Below are positions 16,092 through 22,894 of a stretch of 41,934 nt of DNA, piece by piece. Within the stretch, counting starts at the first letter, position 1; each line of letters opens with the position of its first letter. A model generated the notes under the pieces. It worked only from the letters and a program-made list of their open reading frames with translations. It was not told the DNA's origin and made no database searches. Location: IMG/VR virus record IMGVR_UViG_3300037483_000173; one strand, 5' to 3'. A program made the translations under genes and the position numbers. Source of the stretch: a virus.

Positions 16092-17224
16092 CCGTTTTAT
16101 ACCTGGACACAGAGACCTACAACGAAACCGACCTGAAGGCCGCGGGCACGTACCGCTATGCTGAGACGGCGGAGATCATGCTGATCACCTACGCCATCGA
16201 CGATGGGCCTGTGCAGTGTTGGGACTATAGCGAAGGAGAGGCACCGCCGGATTTTGCTGCGTTTGTCGCCAGATACCCGGACCTGCAGGTGGTGGCACAC
16301 AACGCCATGTTCGACCGCAACGTGCTGCGCTTGGGGAGTATCAGCCACCAGCACATCGACATCCCCATTGAACGGTGGCAGTGCACTATGGTCCAGGCCA
16401 TGCAACACGCGCTACCAGGTAGTCTGGATGAACTGGGTCGGGTGCTGGGCTTGCCGGAGGACCAGCGCAAATTGGCCGAGGGCAAGAAGCTGATCCAACG
16501 CTTCTGCAAGCCCGCACCGAAGAACCACAAGGCTCGCCGCTACACCCGTGAGACGCACCCGGAAGAATGGCAGCGGTTCAATGAGTACGCCAAGCAGGAC
16601 GTGTCCACGATGCGCGAGGTTCACAAGCGTCTGCCCACCTGGAACTGGAAGGCCGATGACATCGCCATGTACCACCTGGACCAGCGCATCAACGACCGCG
16701 GCTTCGCGGTGGACCTAGAACTAGCGCGCGCTGGGGCCGCCGCCGCCATTGTGGAGAAAGAGGCACTGGCCGCCCGCTTCCAGGAGCTGACCGGGCTCAA
16801 TCCTACCCAGCGGGCCAAGGTGCAGGCGTTCCTCAACGACAACTATGGCCTCGGCATCGACTCCACGGCCAAGCATATAATGCAGCCCATCGCCGATGAC
16901 GAATCGCTGCCGGCGCAGTTGCGGGAAATCGCCAGCATCATGCTCTCTGCCAACAAGACCAGCACGGCCAAGTACGCGGCCATTGCCGAAGCGGTCAGCA
17001 GCGACGGGCGGTTTCGTGGCGGCTTGCAGTTCGCCGGTGCCAGTCGCACACGGCGCTGGGCGGGACGCAAATTCCAGCCACAAAATCTACCGTCTCGCGG
17101 GCTGCCGAAGGCGCACCAGATTGAGACGTATATCGCCGCGCTAAAGGCCGGGGTGCATGTGGAACTGTTTGACGATTTAATGCTGTACGGTGCCGCGGCG
17201 TTGCGCGGTGTGGTGGTTGCTTAA
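16088..17224 (+). CDS. Family A DNA polymerase, N-terminal fragment (3'-5' exonuclease and N-terminal polymerase region)
   Basis: 378 aa. LYLDTETYN (Exo I-like) and HNAMFDRNVL (Exo II-like). It stops at ..LRGVVVA, just before the expected motif A. Confidence 0.8.
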   Translation: MTVLYLDTETYNETDLKAAGTYRYAETAEIMLITYAIDDGPVQCWDYSEGEAPPDFAAFVARYPDLQVVAHNAMFDRNVLRLGSISHQHIDIPIERWQCTMVQAMQHALPGSLDELGRVLGLPEDQRKLAEGKKLIQRFCKPAPKNHKARRYTRETHPEEWQRFNEYAKQDVSTMREVHKRLPTWNWKADDIAMYHLDQRINDRGFAVDLELARAGAAAAIVEKEALAARFQELTGLNPTQRAKVQAFLNDNYGLGIDSTAKHIMQPIADDESLPAQLREIASIMLSANKTSTAKYAAIAEAVSSDGRFRGGLQFAGASRTRRWAGRKFQPQNLPSRGLPKAHQIETYIAALKAGVHVELFDDLMLYGAAALRGVVVA

Positions 17225-17236
17225 AGGAGGATGGAG

Positions 17237-17758
17237 ATGAGCAAGCGTTTTGGTAGGAATAAGAAACGGAAGATGCGGCAGCAGATCGCGGACTTGAAGT
17301 ACGCGCAAGCCATGGACCGGGGATTGGCCGAACACACGGGGCGAAAACTCAGAGCCCTCGAATCCGAGATGCGCGAATGGGAGGAGCGGGTGCGCGCCCT
17401 ACTTGGGCACGCCTCCGGCTTCACAAGAACCCCAGGGCGCATCGCCTCCGCACAGCCAATGCCGCCAGAGTTTCAGACCCCTTTGATGCGACAACTGCCA
17501 GGTCTTGGGGCCGTTGCTCCCGGAACCCCGCCCCGATCTGGAATGGACATATTCAACACGACAATGTACCGGTTGGAAACAGCCGTACATGAAGGGGCGG
17601 ATCTCGCGGCATATGTCCACCTGTATATCGGCCACAACGATAAGTTGGGGTACTACATGAGCCGGAAGATGTTGGACGCCCTCGGTCTTGGCCCGGAGGG
17701 CATGCGGTATGTCGCGGAAGATATCGCTCGTCGATTCGATGCAGAACTACGCAAATGA
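17237..17758 (+). CDS. Hypothetical protein encoded in the insertion that splits the polymerase gene
   Basis: AAGGAGG RBS at 17224-17230. Candidate starts are ATG 17231 or 17237. The N-terminus is basic (KRFGRNKKRKMRQQ). The stop overlaps the ATG of the C-terminal polymerase fragment (ATGA). I see no HEG motif. Confidence 0.6.
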   Translation: MSKRFGRNKKRKMRQQIADLKYAQAMDRGLAEHTGRKLRALESEMREWEERVRALLGHASGFTRTPGRIASAQPMPPEFQTPLMRQLPGLGAVAPGTPPRSGMDIFNTTMYRLETAVHEGADLAAYVHLYIGHNDKLGYYMSRKMLDALGLGPEGMRYVAEDIARRFDAELRK

Positions 17759-19578
17759 AACTCGTCGTCTCAGACCTCTCCAACATCGAAGGCCGGGTAC
17801 TCGCGTACCTGGCCGGCGAAGAGTGGAAGCTGGAAGCGTTCCGCGCCTATGACCGTGGTGAAGGGCCGGACCTGTACAACATCACGGCCACCAGCATCAT
17901 CGGCGGTGACCCGTGGGCGGTGGAGAAGGCCAACCGCAATGCCTTTGGTAAAGTGCCCGATCTAGCGTGCCTCGGCCCTGAAACCCAAGTGTTGACGGAT
18001 TCTGGATATAAGGCTATCGTGGCGGTGTCTGAGACCGATAAACTATGGGATGGTGACGAATGGGTGGGCCACGCAGGATTAATAGATCGCGGTGTCCGGA
18101 AGGTTGTACGTGTGGACGGCATCGTGGTAACACCGGATCATTTCATCTTAACCGGGAAAATATGGAAGCAGGCGAGGCTACTCGCTTCAAACGCAAACGA
18201 CCTCCGCCGAGCATTGGGACGCGGTTCGGAGAACTTACCGTCGTCGGCTACCAATACGGTCCCGCGGGGGGCCTACGCGGCATCATCGTTGGCTGTGATT
18301 GCGGAGCGGAACCACATGCTGTCGCACAAAGCAATTTGCTATCTGGGCGAACCACGCGGTGTAACAAATGCGCGAAAGCCGCATCAAATCGTTGGCGTAA
18401 GAATTACTACGGCTACGCGGATATTGTCCCAGATGAGGCACATCGTAGACGGCTGCTCAATCGGGTTGCGGCGTGTATTAACCGCTGTCGGAATCCACGG
18501 GACGCATCCTACGCCAACTACGGCGGACGAGGGATACACGTATTTACGGAGTGGGAGACCGACCGGCGGGCATTCCTCAGATACCTCGTTACTCTGGATG
18601 GGTGGGACCAACCGGAACTTGAACTCGACCGGATCGATGTTAATCGTGGGTATGAGCCGGGAAATCTCCGGTTCATTACCAGACGCGAAAATCGCCGGAA
18701 CCAACGAACCGTCCGCGATCTCCAGCAACACATCGCCGATCTTGAGCAGCGTCTACGACATTGCACATGCGGGGCCGCGGAGTCGATTCACAATCCGGAC
18801 GAATAACGGACACCTCATCGTTCACAACTGCGGGTACGGAGGTGGTGTCGGCGCCTTCCGCACATTCGCCAAAGCCTACCGCATCACCATGGAGGAGCAC
18901 TGGCCCACCATCCGACAGAACATCGCCGCACCGCTCATCGAGCAGGCCCGGCAGAACCTCGAGAAGTGGGGCCGTCCGCAGCTGGCGGATCTGGAAATCA
19001 GTGAACTGGAATGGGTGGCGAGCGAATCAGTGAAGCTGGCCTGGCGGGCAAGGCACCCGGCCACCCGCAAGCTGTGGTACGACTGCGAGAACGCTGCCCG
19101 CAACGCACTGCGCACCCCGAACACGACGTTCAACGCAGGGCGGCATCTGAAGTTCCGATTCGTTGAGCACGTCAGTGGCAATTGGCTGCTGGTGCGCCTG
19201 CCCAGCGGCAAGTTCCTGACGTACTTCGATCCACGTCTGACCTCCGACGATAGCATCTCCTATCTCGGATACGGGCAAGAGGGCGAGGCCACTGCGCGGG
19301 TATGGTCTCGACAGTACACATACGGCGGAAAAATCGTTGAAAATTCGGCCCAGGCGTTGGCCGGGGACGTACTGAAAGCCAACATGCCGCGCATTGAGGA
19401 AGCCGGGTATGAAATCGTACTCACCGTCCACGATGAAGCCGTCACCCAGGCCCCCGACACCGACGAGTACAACGCGGAGAAGTTGAGCGCGTTGCTGGCG
19501 GTAGCGCCGGAATGGGCGCCCGGCCTGCCGCTGGCGGCGGCTGGGTTTGAAAGTTACCGATATAAAAAGGAGGATTAA
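17755..19578 (+). CDS. Family A DNA polymerase, C-terminal fragment (motifs A-C) interrupted by a 287-aa intein
   Basis: It starts at ..VVSDLSNIEGRVLA (motif A-like). Later motifs include the ..GYGGGVGAF.. segment and ..VLTVHDEAV (motif C-like). The exteins are 17755-17967 and 18829-19578. Confidence 0.85.
   Translation: MKLVVSDLSNIEGRVLAYLAGEEWKLEAFRAYDRGEGPDLYNITATSIIGGDPWAVEKANRNAFGKVPDLACLGPETQVLTDSGYKAIVAVSETDKLWDGDEWVGHAGLIDRGVRKVVRVDGIVVTPDHFILTGKIWKQARLLASNANDLRRALGRGSENLPSSATNTVPRGAYAASSLAVIAERNHMLSHKAICYLGEPRGVTNARKPHQIVGVRITTATRILSQMRHIVDGCSIGLRRVLTAVGIHGTHPTPTTADEGYTYLRSGRPTGGHSSDTSLLWMGGTNRNLNSTGSMLIVGMSREISGSLPDAKIAGTNEPSAISSNTSPILSSVYDIAHAGPRSRFTIRTNNGHLIVHNCGYGGGVGAFRTFAKAYRITMEEHWPTIRQNIAAPLIEQARQNLEKWGRPQLADLEISELEWVASESVKLAWRARHPATRKLWYDCENAARNALRTPNTTFNAGRHLKFRFVEHVSGNWLLVRLPSGKFLTYFDPRLTSDDSISYLGYGQEGEATARVWSRQYTYGGKIVENSAQALAGDVLKANMPRIEEAGYEIVLTVHDEAVTQAPDTDEYNAEKLSALLAVAPEWAPGLPLAAAGFESYRYKKED
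17968..18828 (+). mobile_element. Intein inserted in the conserved GKV..LA|LGYGGG segment
   Basis: Cys1 with block A CLGPETQVLTDSG, block B TPDHFILT, block F VYDIAHAG..F and block G GHLIVHN, followed by a +1 Cys (CGYGGG). Confidence 0.8.
18162..18806 (+). CDS. HNH-type homing-endonuclease homologue nested in the intein but in a different reading frame
   Basis: This frame encodes FGELTVVGY..CDCG..V....L.SGRT.RC.KC...YANYGGRGI.V..EW........LDRIDVNRGYEPGNLRFITRRENRRNQ. That pattern is typical of free-standing phage HNH endonucleases. It is offset from the polymerase/intein frame. Confidence 0.65.
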   Translation: MEAGEATRFKRKRPPPSIGTRFGELTVVGYQYGPAGGLRGIIVGCDCGAEPHAVAQSNLLSGRTTRCNKCAKAASNRWRKNYYGYADIVPDEAHRRRLLNRVAACINRCRNPRDASYANYGGRGIHVFTEWETDRRAFLRYLVTLDGWDQPELELDRIDVNRGYEPGNLRFITRRENRRNQRTVRDLQQHIADLEQRLRHCTCGAAESIHNPDE

Positions 19579-19580
19579 CC

Positions 19581-19880
19581 GTGCTCGAATCGAAAGTAGA
19601 AAAATACCTGGTCAAACGCATCGAAGCCATCGGCGGTACGGCGGAGAAATTCACCTCCCCGAATCGGCGCAGCGTGCCGGACAGGTTGGTGCTGATTGAT
19701 GTTGGGGAGAATACGCCTATCGGGCCATTCGGGGTAGCTATCTTCGTAGAGCTGAAAGCCCCCGGCAAGAAGCCAACGCCCGCCCAGCAACGGGATCACG
19801 AACGGCGCAGGGCCATGGGCTTCCGGGTAGAGGTGCTGGACTCTATCGAGGCGGTGGACGAATTCGTGGAGGGGCTGTGA
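19581..19880 (+). CDS. VRR-NUC domain nuclease
   Basis: 99 aa with GTG start. It has the ..GVPDRLVL.. and ..FVELKAPGKKPTPAQ.. pattern. Confidence 0.7.
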   Translation: MLESKVEKYLVKRIEAIGGTAEKFTSPNRRSVPDRLVLIDVGENTPIGPFGVAIFVELKAPGKKPTPAQQRDHERRRAMGFRVEVLDSIEAVDEFVEGL

Positions 19881-20068
19881 TGCACGTCACCGAACTGCTG
19901 GACATACTGAAGCTGCAGGGCATACCGCACAAAGAGGCGGTGCGCCAGGCCAGGGCCATGCTCAAGGAGCAGGAGCGCATTCAGCTCGCGAATGCGGTGA
20001 AGATGCGGGCCGGGCGTAAAGCCGTCAAGCCGAAGCCATCGTATGGTGGGTGGGGGAATGGGCGTTGA
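19877..20068 (+). CDS. Hypothetical protein
   Basis: 63-aa ORF overlapping its neighbours at both ends. Confidence 0.45.
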   Translation: MMHVTELLDILKLQGIPHKEAVRQARAMLKEQERIQLANAVKMRAGRKAVKPKPSYGGWGNGR

Positions 20069-21423
20069 TATTCACCCCCCGCCCCTACCAGCGCACCGCC
20101 CTTGCCCACGCGCTCAACACACCACGCAATGCGCTGTGGCTGGGCATGGGCCTCGGCAAGACCTCCATCACGCTGGAAGCCATCTCCGTGCTGCACACGC
20201 TGGGCGCGGTGAAGAACGTGCTGGTCATCGCCCCGTTGCGCGTGGCCCGCAGCACATGGCCGAATGAGGTGGCCAAGTGGGAGAACTTCGCGCACCTCGG
20301 CGCAGTGCCCATCGTCGGCACGCCGGACCAGCGCAAGAAGGCGGTGGAGAAGAAGGCGGTGATCCACACCATCAACTACGAGAACCTGCCGTGGCTGGTG
20401 GAGCGATGGGGCGACCGGTGGCCCTATGCTATGGTGGTGCCCGACGAGGCCACCAAGCTCAAGTCCTTCCGTCTCGGAGGGGGCAAGGGCCAACGGGCAC
20501 GGGCGCTGGGCAAGGTTGCCCACACGAAGGTCCACCACTGGGGCAATCTCACTGGCACGCCGGCGCCGAACGGACTGGCGGATCTGTGGGGGCCGACGTG
20601 GTTCCTGGACAAGGGCGCACGCCTCGGCCGCACGCACACGGCCTTCACCGAACGCTGGTTCCGGCCCAGTTACAACGGCTTCGGCCTGGAGCCGATGGAC
20701 CACGCGCACGATGAGATCCACCAGCGGCTGTCCGACCTCTGCCTGTCAATGGAAGCGAAGGACCACTTCGACCTGCCGGAGCTGGTGCTCAACACCATCG
20801 AGGTGGACCTGCCCCCGTCGGCTCGCAAGCTATACACGGACATGGAGAAGCAGATGTTCATGGAGCTGGCTGGGGAGCCCGTGGAGGCGTTCAACGCCGC
20901 AGCCCGCACCATGAAACTATTACAGCTCGCTAATGGCGCGGCGTATATCTCGGAGGGCCGCTGGGCGCACGTCCACGACGCCAAACTGGACGCCCTGGAA
21001 GACATCATCGAGGAAGCCGCGGGCGCTCCGATACTGGTGGCCTACCATTTCAAGTCCGACCTGGAGCGGCTGCGCCATCGCTTCCCCAAGCTGCGGCATC
21101 TGGACGCCAATCCGCAAACAGAAGCCGACTGGAACGCCGGGCGCATTCCGCTGTTGGCGCTCCATCCCGCCAGCGCCGGCCACGGCCTAAACCTCCAACA
21201 CGGCGGCAACATCATGGTGTTCTTCGGGCTGAACTGGAATCTGGAGGAGCGGCTGCAGGTGATCGAGCGCATCGGCCCCACCCGCCAGGCGCAGAGTGGC
21301 TACGACCGGCCGGTGTTCGTCCACAACCTCGTGGCCAAGAACACAGTAGACGAACTGGTGCTCGCCCGTATTGAGACCAAACGTTCGGTGCAGGACTTAC
21401 TGATGGAGGCGATGAAGCGATGA
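20050..21423 (+). CDS. SNF2/DEAD-like superfamily 2 helicase
   Basis: 457 aa with RPYQ, GLGKT, the DEAT box and C-terminal helicase motifs (..GLNLQ.. and others). Confidence 0.8.
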   Translation: MGEWALIFTPRPYQRTALAHALNTPRNALWLGMGLGKTSITLEAISVLHTLGAVKNVLVIAPLRVARSTWPNEVAKWENFAHLGAVPIVGTPDQRKKAVEKKAVIHTINYENLPWLVERWGDRWPYAMVVPDEATKLKSFRLGGGKGQRARALGKVAHTKVHHWGNLTGTPAPNGLADLWGPTWFLDKGARLGRTHTAFTERWFRPSYNGFGLEPMDHAHDEIHQRLSDLCLSMEAKDHFDLPELVLNTIEVDLPPSARKLYTDMEKQMFMELAGEPVEAFNAAARTMKLLQLANGAAYISEGRWAHVHDAKLDALEDIIEEAAGAPILVAYHFKSDLERLRHRFPKLRHLDANPQTEADWNAGRIPLLALHPASAGHGLNLQHGGNIMVFFGLNWNLEERLQVIERIGPTRQAQSGYDRPVFVHNLVAKNTVDELVLARIETKRSVQDLLMEAMKR

Positions 21424-21635
21424 CGAAGCCCATGTGGACCAAGTATGTGACGGAACTGGTGCCGACGATCAACCGCCTGGAGCTGTTGCTTCAGCGAAAC
21501 GACCGCAAGGCGTGGTTCGCCTATCGAGATGAGAAGGAGGGATTCATCGGCCGACTGGCTGAGACGGGCCTCCCGCGCCGTGAAGCGCAGGAGGCGTGGA
21601 AGGCCAAGGTGCGGGGGTATCTGCTGGCGGGTTAA
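21420..21635 (+). CDS. Hypothetical protein
   Basis: 71-aa ORF with ATGA coupling. Confidence 0.5.
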   Translation: MTKPMWTKYVTELVPTINRLELLLQRNDRKAWFAYRDEKEGFIGRLAETGLPRREAQEAWKAKVRGYLLAG

Positions 21636-22042
21636 TCCTTCCGCATCACGTCCGTTACTTTCGGCACGAGCTTCTCCGCACTACGCCCGACGACATACCC
21701 GCCGAGGCCGATCTGCAACAGGGTCCATGCTTCCGCGGCGAGGGGGCTGGCCAGCCAGCCGAAGGAATCACACACAACGAGAGCGAGGAAGGTCAACATA
21801 GTGATCGGCCGCCACGATCTCTGCATCCAGGACGCACCCTGCGCTTCAGCCTGGATGATTTCCGCCTTGGCCTTGAGAAGCGATTGCTCATATTGCAGGA
21901 CTTGAGCCGATAGCTCCGCCTGCATTCGGAACAGCTCGTTCTTCACTGCGAGTCGTTCTTCCTCGGAGGTGTGCAGATTGTCTATCAAATCCGCAGCGGG
22001 TTTGAACACCTGCCCGATCAGTCCGAATAGTTGCCCTATCAT
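21632..22042 (-). CDS. Holin (the 3-TM holin family seen with GTAs and phages)
   Basis: I place the start at ATG 22042. DNLHTSEEERL and RSWRPITMLTFLALVV match my recollection of that family. It lies just after the endolysin gene. Confidence 0.65.
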   Translation of the reverse strand: MIGQLFGLIGQVFKPAADLIDNLHTSEEERLAVKNELFRMQAELSAQVLQYEQSLLKAKAEIIQAEAQGASWMQRSWRPITMLTFLALVVCDSFGWLASPLAAEAWTLLQIGLGGYVVGRSAEKLVPKVTDVMRKD

Positions 22043-22043
22043 G

Positions 22044-22460
22044 TCAGTCCTCCAGCATAACCGCCACTTCCGCAGCGCGTTCCGGTGTCTGTTTCGCCCA
22101 ATTGCTATCGAGCGCCTGCCTGTGCGCGTCCGCGCCATCCCCACGCTCCAGTGCGGCCAACATCTTGCGGAAGCGCAGCAAGCCGTTCACCCCAAGCTGA
22201 AAGGCCATGTTGCACAGCGCCTGTTGCTGCCGGTCGGAGAGATGGCTCCAGTACGGCAATTGCCCCGCGAGGGATTGGACGACTTTGGCGATATCGTTGT
22301 CCAGCAGATAGTCGATCTCATCATCAGACAGCCCGCCACCACGCCGCGCATCGATGAGCCGCCCAACACCGATGGTCCAGTATCCGAGATGGTCCTGGTA
22401 CGCGGACCGCTTGCAACCCTCATGCCGGATGAGCTGTTCACGTAGCGCCTGTGTGTTCAT
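22044..22460 (-). CDS. Endolysin, glycoside hydrolase 24 (T4 lysozyme-like)
   Basis: I place the start at ATG 22460. It carries the HEGCKRSAYQDHLGYWTIGVG catalytic-region signature. Confidence 0.85.
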   Translation of the reverse strand: MNTQALREQLIRHEGCKRSAYQDHLGYWTIGVGRLIDARRGGGLSDDEIDYLLDNDIAKVVQSLAGQLPYWSHLSDRQQQALCNMAFQLGVNGLLRFRKMLAALERGDGADAHRQALDSNWAKQTPERAAEVAVMLED

Positions 22461-22689
22461 TGCGGATACCTCGCCTGTCCATAAACACATGCTCCTCAAC
22501 CCGTGTCACCCTCCGGTCAAGGATTCCGATTTTACCATGCAAATCCGTCTCAATGTTGTGCATTGTTCGCGCCATGTCATCTAGTTTTCCGTAGACCTTG
22601 TTCCCTATCCATCCGAGGATTACGACGAGCAACCCGAAGAACGTGGCCACGAGGGAAAGCAAGATTGTGATGATTTGCGTTTCGTTCAT
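22438..22689 (-). CDS. Single-TM membrane protein of the lysis cassette (holin/antiholin-like)
   Basis: I place the start at ATG 22689. The TM helix is IITILLSLVATFFGLLVVILGWI, followed by a coiled-coil tail. The segment has low GC. Confidence 0.5.
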   Translation of the reverse strand: MNETQIITILLSLVATFFGLLVVILGWIGNKVYGKLDDMARTMHNIETDLHGKIGILDRRVTRVEEHVFMDRRGIRNEHTGAT

Positions 22690-22841
22690 TCTACATCGTC
22701 CATATTGTTTATTATCTGGCCATACTATCAGAAAATAATTGACATTTCTTGCGCTGTCGTTGTTGACATTATTCAGCTCCTTTATTGAGCCATTCCGTGT
22801 AATAGGTAAAGCCCTCACTACCTATCATATTGTATAAATAA

Positions 22842-22884
22842 GAAAAATCCCCCAACCAATTAAGGAAGGGGGGATTCTTTTAAT
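22842..22884 (-). terminator. Rho-independent terminator downstream of the tailspike gene
   Basis: aatccccc / gggggatt stem with T-runs on both strands. Confidence 0.6.
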
Positions 22885-22894
22885 CAGTTCTTGG

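Noticed and set aside
17225-17754. Group I or II intron interrupting the polymerase gene
   Set aside because: The insert is almost fully occupied by an ORF with its own RBS, and its stop overlaps the ATG of the downstream fragment. That leaves little room for a ribozyme core, so a split gene seems more likely. RNA data are still needed.
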